Source: Octopus sinensis (Eukaryota). Taken from it: a stretch of 32,286 nt of DNA. The translations under genes were made by a program, and so were the position numbers. The DNA is taken from NCBI RefSeq assembly GCF_006345805.1, contig NW_021832821.1:1-32286 (forward strand), written 5' to 3'. This document shows positions 13,965 through 24,900 of this stretch, one piece after another. The number at the start of each line of letters is the position of its first letter. The stretch's first letter is position 1. The notes beneath the pieces are model-generated. The model saw only the letters and a list, made by a program, of their open reading frames with translations. It ran no database searches and had not been told where the DNA came from.

Positions 13965-14740
13965 AAGTAGTCTAGCGTTCAAAATAAAGGCCATCGTGTC
14001 GCACCATCTGATGCCATCTTCCTGGCAATTCTTTGATCCCCTGCTGCTACCAGTTCTTGTCCTTCGACGTGAAGAACTATACTCGAGCATCCGCCTTCTC
14101 TTGGTGGATGAACGCAGGAAGTGAACTAGGAATCGTAACAAGTAATAATCCAAGGGGGCTGAATCTGGAATATATATGCTGGGTGTGGCATCATTTTGAT
14201 TTCTTTAACTTCCTAGAGTTTATTTCGCTCCAGATGTGTAAGGTCTGGCGTCGTGTTTCTGCAGATCCCACTCTCTGTTAACCAATACCGGGTATTTTTG
14301 CCGCACAATGGCATAAATCCTCTCCAGCTGTTCGGAGTACAGATTGACATCGATGGTTACATCGTCCGGAACAAACTAGATGTAAATTATTCGCCCATAA
14401 TTCCACCAGACGCAGAGCATCATCTTGTTTTCGACACGCTGTCTTTATCGACAGGTTCTGGAAGCTGGCTCTCGCTTAACCACTGCTTGTGCACGTTAGA
14501 GTTTCAAAAAATATCTCCCGCGAATTTATACATGTTCCGGTCTATGGCTCACTTCCCGCGCTCGCAGCATTACAACAACCAAGCAAAGGTGAAAGCCTCA
14601 GTGGAGAAGTCCTTCACTTTCAAAGACCAGAACTGCTATCAAAGAACTGAAAGAAATTTCGCTTCAGATGGTGAAGTACTAGCGCCTCTAATTTGAAAGC
14701 CCGGCTGGTTTTGATTTAAGTTGACGAATAAAGCAAAAGT
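13965..14740 (-). mobile_element. Decayed mariner transposase (catalytic domain), second copy
   Basis: The minus strand gives, with frameshifts, KQWLSESQLPEP, KMMLCVWWNYG, NLYSEQLERI, KHDARPY, MPHPAY, DYYLLRFL and GIKELPGRWHQMVRHDGLYFER*. These are the standard mariner catalytic-domain motif series. Confidence 0.9.
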
Positions 14741-14823
14741 TGCCAAACTATTGCAAAAATTTGACTCAAAACGACACATAGACACACACACACACATACT
14801 CTTTCACACACATACACACACAT

Positions 14824-14921
14824 AATCGACCCTGAAAGTATGAAAGGCAAAGTCGACTTCGGCGGAATTTGAACTCAGAACATTTCGCGCGGCGTGCTAA
14901 CAATTCTTCCAGCTCGCCGCC
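14824..14921 (-). mobile_element. SINE family B, 5' portion
   Basis: Reverse complement ggcggcgagctggaagaattgttagcacgccgcgcgaaatgttctgagttcaaattccgccgaagtcgactttgcctttcatac is highly similar to 24129-24245. Confidence 0.85.
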
Positions 14922-15038
14922 TTCACTTGTTTCATATCGTTTATCGATCACCTTACAAACAACTCGACACTGTAAGCTACGAAATCGAACGTATCCCCAT
15001 TATTTAAATATTAAATATCAGCTGTCTACCTCTAACAG

Positions 15039-15123
15039 GATGAATTCTGTCGCCAGTTCGCTCTCCGGTCGAGTATCCGATATCACTTCAACCTAACTCT
15101 ATCTGCAAACTCCATTACTAATG
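15039..15123 (+). CDS. Candidate isolated internal exon (DEFCRQFALRSSIRYHFNLTLSANSITN), product unknown
   Basis: Acceptor ctacctctaacAG|G and donor ATG|GTAAGA. Only one of three frames is open, and GC is higher than in the flanks. No family recognised. Confidence 0.25.
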
Positions 15124-15684
15124 GTAAGATCTAATTATCTAATTGTCCAAAGACATCCGAAGATCGCGTAATTTGTAACATATCTATTTCAGTTTATCTA
15201 TAAGACATTTGGATTTATGGTATTTTCTTTGCAGTTAATATGTTTCATGGCGACATATTCACAATACAAGGTTGTTACATTAAGACATGAATTAGTCGCA
15301 GAACGCTCTGTCAATGATTCCATTTTGATAAATTATCTGCCAGCTTTTATCTGGCTTTATTAAACTAATTACGAGAAGACACGGCTTTACTCTGCTAATT
15401 TTTTGTGGAAGTGAAGTGGTTTGTGTATGTATGTGTGTTAGCTGTGTGTGTGTGTGTGTGTGTGTGCGTGTGTGTGTGTGTGTGTGTAAAATTTGTCATC
15501 AAATTGTTCTGTATGTGTATGATCTTTGGTAGTTCGTCTTGTTGTTGTTACCGCTGTTCTACAACCCCGAGTAAGTCCAGCCCAAACAGACCAACGGTCA
15601 ATGATTAAAGGCATTTCTGGCAGGTTTCTTTCGTCTTTCAGTCTAGCATAGTTTACCTTGGATAAAGCTATCAATTGTGTCTCT

Positions 15685-15765
15685 TTTCAAGATGGTTGAA
15701 TACAATTTAGAGGAGATTTGACTATTATTTTTAGCAGCTGGAGTGACCATGAACAGTTTTCCTCG
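15685..15765 (-). repeat. Dispersed repeat family D (unclassified)
   Basis: Reverse complement ctgctaaaaataatagtcaaatctcc matches the core at 22239-22280 and 19904-19945. Confidence 0.6.
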
Positions 15766-16124
15766 TTGACTCATAAATATTTTATTATAAGTAATGGTGG
15801 GCACGGCAGAGCAAATGGTAAACTGACCTCGAAGAATAGACATCGGATTTCCTATGCATTCTTTATTAAAGCCATTTAAATTCATTAACATGGCTACCAC
15901 AGAGGACAAGAGCAAAACCTGTTCACTTCCCATCGTTTCATCGCTACAGTTACAAGATCTAATGCCTTGCAAAAAGGAAAATCCCAAAGTATCAAGTGTC
16001 AAATTTTCTCACGTTAGTGGGCAGGGTTCCAGGCTTTGCAGTAACTGGACATTGGTGACTTTGAGTCCTCGAAACAGGCTCAGTCATCCTGTTTCCATGC
16101 CGTATAAGTCGCAGCATAATCCCA

Positions 16125-16290
16125 CAGGATGGGACACCAGCCCGTTGCAGGGTTGATCATTTACAGGCTGAGCAGACTGCAACAATGCGAAATGAGTGAT
16201 TTGCTCAAGAGCATGACGCGCCAACCACGGCCTGGGAATCGAAACTACGACCTTACGATCGTGGGTGCCCCACTCAAATAACCAGACCTT
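16125..16290 (-). mobile_element. SINE family C (tRNA head plus CORE-like domain), diverged
   Basis: Reverse complement cacgatcgtaaggtcgtagtttcgattcccagg...ctcttgagcaaatcactcatttcgcattg...gggctggtgtcccatcc parallels 22405-22667. Confidence 0.75.
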
Positions 16291-16383
16291 GTGTCTTCCA
16301 TTGAAGGATTGCAGATCGGAGGCGAATTTCTGTCGGGATTATATTTCAGGTTCGATTCTCATATGGAACGATTTCTTCAGCGT

Positions 16384-16541
16384 AGGAGCGAGGTGGCTGA
16401 GTGGTAAGACGCATGCATCCCGAACATGTGGTCTTGGTTTCAGTCCCACACGGTAGCATCTTGGGCAATGTCTTCTACTAATCCCAGACAAACTGGAGTC
16501 CCGTGAATCGACTGGTGGACAGAAACCGAAAGAGGCCCGTC

Positions 16542-16590
<49 letters not shown>

Positions 16591-16850
16591 CACCTATACA
16601 CATACACGCACAGGCGCGGACACAGACAAACACAAACATATATATGTATGTAAATTTGCGTGTGTTGTGCTTTTATATTCTTACCCCATCAGCACTTCAT
16701 ACCCACTATTGGTCTGTTTACATCCCTAACTATCGGTTGGGCAGAAAGAGATCGATGGAATAAATATTGGGGGGGGGGCGACATGTTCGACTAAATATTC
16801 GACAACGTGCCCCAGCATGGCCGCAGTCCAATGACTGGAACGAGTAAATG
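16384..16850 (+). mobile_element. Near full-length SINE family A: tRNA head, internal (TA)n/(CA)n microsatellite, 3' half
   Basis: A-box-like tggctgagtgg, B-box-like ggtttcagtccc, CORE-like atcttgggcaatgtctt, then ...gaaagaggcccgtcg and the microsatellite at 16543-16650. The 3' half ends ccagcatggccgcagtccaatgactggaacgagtaaa. Confidence 0.8.
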
Positions 16851-17397
16851 CGTTTTTCAGGAACATACGAACTTAGTGACGAATCATCCATTTCACTCAT
16901 CCAAAAATAAGTTAGGAATCGTCAATGCGAACCATTATTTAATTCCCAAATAGCAAAGCTTGTTCCTATTTGCGTTTACGTCAGTGATTATTGGTTTACG
17001 TAGGTATTTTGAACACAATTTGTTTGTTTCTAGAATTTATAGAACAATAACGAAGAGGAAAAGGAGGAGGAGGAATGAGAAAAATGGCGATGCTAAAGTT
17101 GTACACTGTTCTATCGGAAGTAAACAGGAATTCCAATTTTATTTACTTCGGTCGCAAACGGGATTAGATTTTCAAATCAAAAACTGACAGGTTGCGGAAA
17201 AGGTTATACAATGGATTATCGATAAAGAACAGTTTGGGAGGAAAATATTGGATTGAAAGTTTGTTGAAGAACACTGCAGCATCGACGCTACATGTTTACT
17301 ACATGCTTTCTGTGTTTATCGTATTTCACTGGAAATAAAACAAGCAAAAAAAGAAGAAAACTAGTCGCTGTTCATCTTTATAATTTCTATTTCTAAG

Positions 17398-17440
17398 TAT
17401 ATGTATATGTACGTATACATATACATAAATATATGTATAT

Positions 17441-17523
<83 letters not shown>

Positions 17524-17543
17524 ATATATATGAAATATATGTA

Positions 17544-17610
<67 letters not shown>

Positions 17611-17612
17611 AT

Positions 17613-17659
<47 letters not shown>

Positions 17660-17680
17660 CTCTCTCTATATATATACATA
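17398..17680. repeat. (TA)n plus (TCTA)n compound microsatellite
   Basis: Directly visible. Confidence 0.95.
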
Positions 17681-17844
17681 TATAATTAATCAAATGACAT
17701 ACTAAGTATGTCTATCTGCTGAAAATAACAGTCAAATCTCTTATTAAAATCGCCAAAATACTATACTGATAATACTACAGAAATCAACCGAAGTCAGACG
17801 GGCTAAGACAATCTCTCAGCATACATTCAATTATGTGGACTTAC

Positions 17845-17937
17845 ATGGACCGTTTTCTGAACAGGCATATTAGCCTCGACTTCCTCAGCACGTGTTACCA
17901 TGAATGAGAGACCCAGCTCGTTACGTAGAAGTCTGCG
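17845..17937 (-). CDS. Candidate 93-nt symmetric internal exon (RRLLRNELGLSFMVTRAEEVEANMPVQKTVH), product unknown
   Basis: Minus-strand acceptor ggatttattacAG| and strong donor CAT|GTAAGT. Length is divisible by 3, only the phase-0 frame is open, and GC is clearly above the flanks. Confidence 0.33.
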
Positions 17938-18147
17938 CTGTAATAAATCCTTTTTGCGCCAAATCATGACAGCCATATGTGTGAAAATAACTTCAATACC
18001 GAGCAAGTAATTAACGAGAAAAATAATTCACGAGAAAATATTTGCGAAGATATTATTGACTCTGTTATTATTTAGTGCAACAATTTAAAAATGAGAATAA
18101 CAGAATCACTATATAAGTGGTTGCAGGCCCACCAAAATGCTATTTAA

Positions 18148-18430
18148 TGGATGATGATGATGATGATGATGATGACGATGGTGATGATGACGATGGTGAT
18201 GATGATGACGATGATAATGGTGATGATGATGACGACGAAGATGATATTGATGATGATGATGATGGTCGTGGTGATGATGACGATGATGATGATGATGATG
18301 ACGAGGACGATGATGATGACGATGGTGATGATTATGATGATGATGATTATGATGATGAGGATGGCGACGGCGACGACGACTACGAAGATGATGATGCTGA
18401 TGATGATGTTGATGCCGATGCTGATGGTAT
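18148..18430. repeat. Degenerate (GAT)n/(GAC)n array
   Basis: Directly visible; gives the poly-Asp and poly-Met ORFs. Confidence 0.95.
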
Positions 18431-19289
18431 AAATAAATGTTTCGGTAATGAGAGTAACGGATAATTCTGCCGTTGATGATAATAATGATCCTGATTGTTT
18501 CCGGATACAGTATGGGTGGTTGTGATGATGGTAGCGATTCTAATGATACTCACGGATATGGTTGTTAGCTGTGATGATTGTGGTGATGATTAAAATTACA
18601 GATGTTATCTTTCACAAGACAATGGAAGATGGATTTGTCGTCAGACATGAATTGCCAGTTGATGTTTTTAGAGACGACGGTGAAGAACTCGATAACAACT
18701 TAATAAGGAGTCTAAAAACAGCTAAAACACACACAGACACACACACATACACACATATGCTTACTCCAATTTACGAACATACACATACACATTATACACA
18801 CAAGTACTGACATACGGACACACACACACATATAGATGCACATATAGCGATTAACCTTACACTGATACATCACTGAGAAGTTTTATAACCATATTTTATA
18901 TAGAGACACGATTCTTTTTGTGCAACAAAGAACTTTAAACAGTCGGTATTCTCTGCAACTCATCTTCCTCATGAATGCGGCTCAGTTCCTACCGAAGAGG
19001 TCGAAATATTTCTAGTTATAATCTCCCTGTAATGTTTTTTAGACATGGCGTATTTTACCCATTTTAGACAGACCTGAGTGAAATTGCGAGCAGGTCACGT
19101 GATTATGTATTGATTGTCTTGTTGGTTTTTGGACCTTGTTTAACCCAGGGTTATCCGTAATCAAACAGAACTATGGCCGAAAGGATTCCAACCATGGCCA
19201 TAACATATTTTCTTAAATTAAGTATTGTATATCTAAGACTGCACAATTTCACGTACTTTTATATATATATACATATATACATATATAAA

Positions 19290-19452
19290 AAAAAAAGACG
19301 AAGACTGGTGTGTAAACAACAAACAGATGTATTAGTTTAACGCTCGGGAAGTAAGAAAATCTTTTACATTTCGAGCCTACGCTCTTCGACAGAAAGGAAC
19401 ACAGAAATAAACAGGGAGAGAAAATAGAAAAAGTTGGATTAGTGGCTAGCGA
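19290..19452 (-). mobile_element. Dispersed repeat family H (possible Penelope-like terminal repeat or retrozyme), copy 1
   Basis: Reverse complement aligns over about 150 nt with 26815-27010, including the identical core gaagagcgtaggctcgaaatgtaaaaga. Confidence 0.7.
19360..19397 (-). ncRNA. Minimal type-I hammerhead-ribozyme-like motif (variant core)
   Basis: ccttt-CUGUCGA-A-GAGC(GUAG)GCUC-GAAA-UG-UA-aaaga, with a 4-bp stem I and a 4-bp stem II. Confidence 0.4.
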
Positions 19453-19576
19453 TCAAATTAACTCACAAGGCTTTGGTTGGCTCGAGGCTATAGTAGGAGA
19501 TACTTGCTCAAGGTGCCACGCACTAGAACTGAACCTGGAACCATGTGGTTGGTAAGCAAGCTACTTACCACACAGG
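19453..19576 (-). mobile_element. SINE family A, 5' half (tRNA head plus CORE-like segment)
   Basis: Reverse complement ctgtgtggtaagtagcttgcttaccaaccacatggttccaggttcagttctagtgcgtggcaccttgagcaagtatc...aaagccttgtgag matches 28342-28440 and 16384-16542. Confidence 0.85.
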
Positions 19577-19903
19577 TAAATTTTAATTAGAAAACATTGA
19601 CAGTAAAGTTGATTTTCATGATCTGAATGTAGCTGGGACTTATTTAAACAGCAAAACCCACCTTGGTGACATTAAATACATAATGGGAGAGGTTAACAAA
19701 TTAGGCCCAACAAAATATCAAACACACAGCTTCTTATCGTTTACACAACCGTACCATCACCAGCCTCTATCTATTATGTTATGTCTAATTCGCTGCCTGG
19801 TCTAACACCCTCACCAAATGGGTATTCAGTACATTTAAAAGTATTCATTCCATTGAAATTCTTTAAATCAGATCTCTGTTTCTCTCTATAAACACGTTTG
19901 TGA

Positions 19904-19945
19904 AAGATTTGGCTGTTATTACTAGCAGGTCGAGCAACAACGTAG
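19904..19945 (-). repeat. Dispersed repeat family D core
   Basis: 42 nt with 3 mismatches to 22239-22280. Confidence 0.75.
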
Positions 19946-20859
19946 AAGCTTCTTCCCTGGTCTCGTAAAACCCTGGTTGATAAAATTGATAGTGAGATGT
20001 GGTGACATTCATGCTTTTATTCTAAGGGTTAATGATGTAGGTTGAGTAGATTGGTTTCCATCACATCATTAAGTCTAGGCATCGGCAATAAAGAAGCTTA
20101 ACAGTATCTGAGGGCATGAAAAGGTGACTGGGGTGGTGTTAATTCTCTAACAGTCTTCTGGAACTTATAGGACCCCAGAGGTACATAAGTAAGTAGAAAG
20201 ATAACGTGACCCATGCCTGCGCACGGAGCGTTTAGTGTGAAAGTGAATAGAATCAACTTCAATTGAGAATTGAATGCCTGCTGGGAAGCTAGTGAAACGG
20301 TAACTACAACACATTAGACAGAAATATAAACAGACCAAACATGATAGTTTTCTTTTCAGAAGAAATATTGCTAGTAACAAATTCAATCTACGTCTCATAT
20401 TTTGTTGATATTATCTGGAATCTACATGTTGATAATAGTTTATTATTATTCATAATATTTGATATGTGATGCATTCAATATTTAATGGCGGCAAACGAAA
20501 CTAAATTACGACAGCGAATTCACACTGAAAATCAGTAATTGTAATAAGTTCATATGAAACTACTTGCATACAAATCATTGCAACTGAAATGAGGCGATTC
20601 GTTATCTGATTCCACTGCAAATAAAATCTCATTCTGTCGTTGCCGTGTTTCTTTTATAATGTCTCGTTCCCTCGTGGCTATCTTCTTCCTATTTCTTGTG
20701 GCTTTAATTATTCAATGGCTTGGGAATCATATCCGTTTCGTTATAGTAATAATTTCTCTTGGCTTATATAACAAGTCGAGGAAGCGTCTTTAATTGAATG
20801 TGCATCGTGTATCACTGATACTTATTTTACCGACCTCGGTAAGAGTTACGCACTAAAAC

Positions 20860-21458
20860 TACTCTGGCAAAATTTGAACGTAGAACAATGAACGACAAAA
20901 CTAAATATTATGGGACATCTATTATATATATACATTAACAGCGGAACTTGAGGTAGTTGAGCAGGGATACACCAGGAATATTGCATCAGTGGAACTGCTG
21001 AGCGACTGAGGGAGACTGAAAGAGTGACGAGTGTACTTTCTGGGTCGAAGACGGAAGAGATCTGCAGTGATATACATATAGAAGGTTCTGAAGGGGTTGG
21101 CACCAAACTTTGGCACCGAGTGTTATACCAGTCCCCGAACTGGACGCCACTATATTGTTCCAAAGGTCCCAGCTATCCCGTTTAGAGTGAGGAACATGTA
21201 CTGCAATAGCTTGGGATTTAAGGGCCCACAGTTATTTAATACCTCACCAAAGCATCTGAAGGATCGTAGATGAAGTAAGGGTAGATATTTTCAAGGAACA
21301 TCTTAACCTCATGCTGTCCAAATTCCCAATCAGAAGAGGGCAGCAAACTTCCTCTTTCACCAAAAGCCAACTGCATAAGAATGGTCATCGGAAAAGTGAT
21401 TACACAGGCGGTGCTCCAGCATGGCTACAACATTTGGACTGAAACGCATAAAAGAATA
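20860..21458 (+). mobile_element. 3' end of a decayed CR1-group LINE (RT C-terminus plus 3' UTR)
   Basis: From 20938 it reads TAELEVVEQGYTRNIASVELLSD*GRLKE*RVYFLGRRRKRSAVIYI*KVLKGLAPNF...RTGRH...YCNSLGFKGPQLFN. This matches the CR1/L2 C-terminal pattern LE.VQR.FT..I....LSY.ERL..L.L.SL..RR.R...I..WK. It ends in aggcggtgctccagcatggc...ctgaaacgcataaaagaata. Confidence 0.8.
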
Positions 21459-21644
21459 CAAGACTATGAGATTAGTAATAGCCATTTCACTATAATGTAA
21501 ATCGATTAAAAGATAAGGTGTAGTGAATTTAAGATAAGATATGATAGAGACAAATAACTAGAAATGAATAAACACCACTGAATCGCTGGTGTGAACAAAT
21601 GTGTTTCTACGATGTCACTTCATCTTTAAGAAAAAGCAGACTCA

Positions 21645-21790
21645 TCTCCCTCAAATCACACCTCGCCATCTGAAAACAAAAGGAAATTCACAATTCATAA
21701 TTTCTGATACACAAATATAACATGGTGTCGTAACGGCTGGAATACCTTGTGATCATAGATATACTTAATCAAGAATTGAACCCAGGACCT
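21645..21790 (+). repeat. Probable family D repeat remnant
   Basis: atctccctcaaatcacacc continues the family D core seen at 15685-15765. The distal part is loosely similar to the reverse complement of 19141-19200. Confidence 0.4.
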
Positions 21791-22238
21791 AGTGGAACAG
21801 AATTAAATACGGTAAATTACTTAGCTCGGGACCTACTTCTTTGTTTTGTTTGTTTTTGTTAACTTATATCCTCCAGCTTTTGCCACGGTATTCTGGTAAA
21901 CGAGAACCGTACGTTTCTATACGTTGCTGACGAGGGCTAACTCTTCTGTTTTTTAAAGGTCCGAGCTGATATTCAAGTTGAACATTAACCGAATTATTCC
22001 CAGAAATGTGAGAGAACCTGATCCAAAAGCGATGTTCACCGGTCGTTCATTTTATTATTTCTAATAAACATATAATTAAAAACGATAAAAATACCTGATG
22101 TGTGTTTGACTTCTACTGGAAACGAATTCGCTTGATCTACGTCAGTAACACTTAGATAAAAGCATGAACATCAAACTCTGACTTCGAATTTAGTAAAACA
22201 CGTTGGTGCTTTTACAAAGCAATGATCAGCAATGAACT

Positions 22239-22390
22239 CTACGCTGTTGCTCGACCTGTTAGTAATAACAGTCAAATCTTAAATTACACCCTTACCGGCT
22301 TTCACAGGAACATGGATAATGTAAATGTGAGTTACTTGAATATGAACAAAAGACGTTCATGTCTGGAAAATCTTCCGTCATATACCTAAT
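22239..22390 (+). repeat. Dispersed repeat family D
   Basis: Core ctacgctgttgctcgacctgttagtaataacagtcaaatctt is shared with 19904-19945, 15685-15765 and about 17727-17752. Confidence 0.7.
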
Positions 22391-22404
22391 GACCATACAA
22401 AATA

Positions 22405-22667
22405 AATAAATAAATAAATGCGCCATTTTCAAAGCCTAGCCAGGCTCGCGGGCCCGGTTTCCCAGTTTCAATGGCGCATGTGTTCTCCAGCAGGACGGGA
22501 CGCCAGTCCATCGCAGCGTTACTCACTTTTGCCAGCTGAGTGAACTGGAGCAATGTGAAATGAAGTGTTTTGCTCAAGAACACAACGCATCGCCCGGTCC
22601 AGGAATCGAAACCACAATCTTACGATCATGGTGCTGACACCATAACCACTAAGCCACGCACCTCCAC
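22405..22667 (-). mobile_element. Full-length SINE family C (tRNA head, CORE-like domain, (ATTT)n tail), apparently young
   Basis: Reverse complement gtggaggtgcgtggcttagtggt (A box)...ggtttcgattcc (B box)...gttgtgttcttgagcaaaacacttcatttcacattgctccagttcactcagctg (CORE-like)...ggcgcatttatttatttatt. Confidence 0.88.
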
Positions 22668-22851
22668 CTAATGATTATGGGTTAAATAAAAACAACAGCA
22701 GCAACAATATGAAGTATTTTACGTGTGAGCAAGTGTAAACCTCGAGTTTAGTCGCACACTTCGATTATATAAAATGGCGGTTATTGCTGAGATTTGTGTT
22801 TTAAGTTAATATCAATAATAAACAAACTACATTGGCTCGATTTTATTGGAA

Positions 22852-22897
22852 AGAGAGAGAGAGAGAGGGGGAGAGTGAGCGAGAGAGAGAGAGAGAG
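22852..22897. repeat. (AG)n microsatellite
   Basis: Directly visible. Confidence 0.9.
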
Positions 22898-23305
22898 TTA
22901 ATACCTTGGTAATCTACGTATGAGAAGCAGTGGATAAATAAACAAATAAATACAAATAATACAAATAAATATTTGTATTTCTCTCTTACTAAGTTTGTAT
23001 TTCTCTCTTTCTAAGTTTATTTTTATTTTACATTATTGCATATTACGAAATTTATAAAGTGTGATTCTAATAGGAAGCGATAAAATCAAATAAACCAATG
23101 TTTGTATAAATATATAAGCGTTAATTGCAATTTATTAATCGAACTAATACAAATCTTTTTTTCGATGATCCAGAAGATCTATTGAATATCAATTATGTTT
23201 AGATATTTAGATCGCGCAAGATTTTATATAAAATCATTAAAAACAAATAATTTCTTTAAAAATTACTTTATTTCTTTAAGTTGTATGTGTTTGACAATAC
23301 GCCTA

Positions 23306-23569
23306 ACACACACACACATACACTTACATGCACACACACACATACACACACACACAGACGCAGGCACACTCACACTTGTATATATACGCAAAATACATAC
23401 AGGCATAAACACAGACATACACTTACATGCACACACACGCACGCACACGGACACATGCACCGACACACATATACATTCTCGCAGAATGCACACATGCATA
23501 AACACACACACAAACACACATACACACTTATACATACACGCACAATACATATATGCATAAACACAAACA

Positions 23570-23603
<34 letters not shown>

Positions 23604-23640
23604 TATTGCATATGAATATGCGTGTATATATAAACACACA
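23306..23640. repeat. Degenerate (CA)n/(CATA)n array
   Basis: Directly visible; source of the His/Thr-rich and Cys/Val-rich ORFs. Confidence 0.9.
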
Positions 23641-24128
23641 CAAAGAGTTTCTTACATTTTTTAAATGGCAGAAAGTTTTATGAAAGATACAAGACGCCAA
23701 ATTTTCGTGCGTAACATTTATCGGAACCGACTTAAAATTTGTGAGTTTCTTCTTATACAGAGTAAATTGCAATACTTTGTGAAAAGTTAGATTAAAAATT
23801 AATATTGGAGAGTCACGTGAAACTCTCAAATTTCAAATAAATTGCCCGAGAGAATAGACTTGAGCGAAAATTGAAATACAGACGAAACACACACGTATAC
23901 ATACAAGTGCAAGCTCTCTTCCTCACACAAATACACACATAGACACGTACACACATAGGCGTATATGTACATAAAGAAACGGGTGCTTTTATATTTGCAA
24001 ATATTTATATGTAACTTTCTACCAATCATAAAATGAAAAATATGCATACATACTCATTGCATTGGCTCTGTTTCTCTTCTTGGGCCTACAGAATCTATCG
24101 ATTCATCTATAGAATATATATATATATA

Positions 24129-24351
24129 TGGCGAGCTGACTGAAACGTTAGGCCGCCGGGCGAAATTCGTTGCCGTATTTCGTCTGCCGTTACGTTCTGA
24201 GTTCAAATTCCACCGAGGTCGACTTTGCCTTTCATCCTTTCGGGGTCAATAAATTAAGTACCAGTTACGCACTAGGGTCGATGTAATCGTCTTAATCCGT
24301 TTGTCTGCCCTTGTTTTTCCCCTCTGTGCTGAGCCCCTTGTGGGTAGCAAA

Positions 24352-24356
<5 letters not shown>
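24129..24356 (+). mobile_element. Full-length SINE family B inserted in a (TA)n tract
   Basis: A-box-like tggcgagctgactgaa, B-box-like gagttcaaattcc, then gtcgactttgcctttcatcctttcggggtc and gggtcgatgtaatcg. Flanked on both sides by agaata(ta)n. Confidence 0.88.
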
Positions 24357-24384
<28 letters not shown>

Positions 24385-24900
24385 TATATATATAATATAT
24401 ATATAAACTAGTGTACACTTAAAGACAAAAGAGGTGAGCCTTAACAGGTCGCCTTACATACTAGAAGTAGAAGGAACAGTTAAAAAGTCCAAACCACAGT
24501 TAAGAGCAATTTCGAAGGGAATAAAAAGTAAAAACATTAAACATCTTTTTATTTTTTTTTTACAGGCGGACTTTAAGTGTGAAACTTTAATTAGCAAATA
24601 AGATAATTTGCAAGGTGAAGTTCTCATCAGCGGGTACGCCAAACATTAACATATAGAGACAAAGTAAATATAAGAAATTTCCATTACCAGTGGCCCTAAT
24701 AGTGGTTCGGAATTTTACTGTCCTTTCTAGCGTGCAGGTAGTCCTATGATGGCTACCTCTTATATGTTTAAATGTACACTGTATTTTTATATATATATTT
24801 ATACATACACACACACACATCCTCTAAATCTCTCTCGTTCTCTCTCTCTCTTTCTATGTATATATATATATATACACACAAACTATTGCCATTATCACAA

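Noticed and set aside
15643-16002. 119-aa minus-strand ORF that looks non-repetitive
   Set aside because: Its distal part is the family D repeat (15685-15765), and no domain motif is recognisable.
18117-18464. Poly-Asp acidic protein ORF
   Set aside because: Translation of a (GAT)n microsatellite. Similar arrays occur at 12165-12235 and 27620-27845 without coding context.
20165-20398. 77-aa minus-strand ORF with a signal-peptide-like N-terminus
   Set aside because: No recognisable domain or good donor site, and the hydrophobicity is explained by base composition.
22595-22667. tRNA gene (also 28342-28410, 16384-16450, 19500-19576)
   Set aside because: A and B boxes are present, but there is no complete cloverleaf or acceptor stem, and each continues into SINE body sequence. 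These are SINE heads.
24434-24565. Intron-like segment GTGAGC...ttttttttacAG on the plus strand
   Set aside because: The downstream sequence has stops in all frames, and the upstream 'exon' abuts a TA tract. No coding support.
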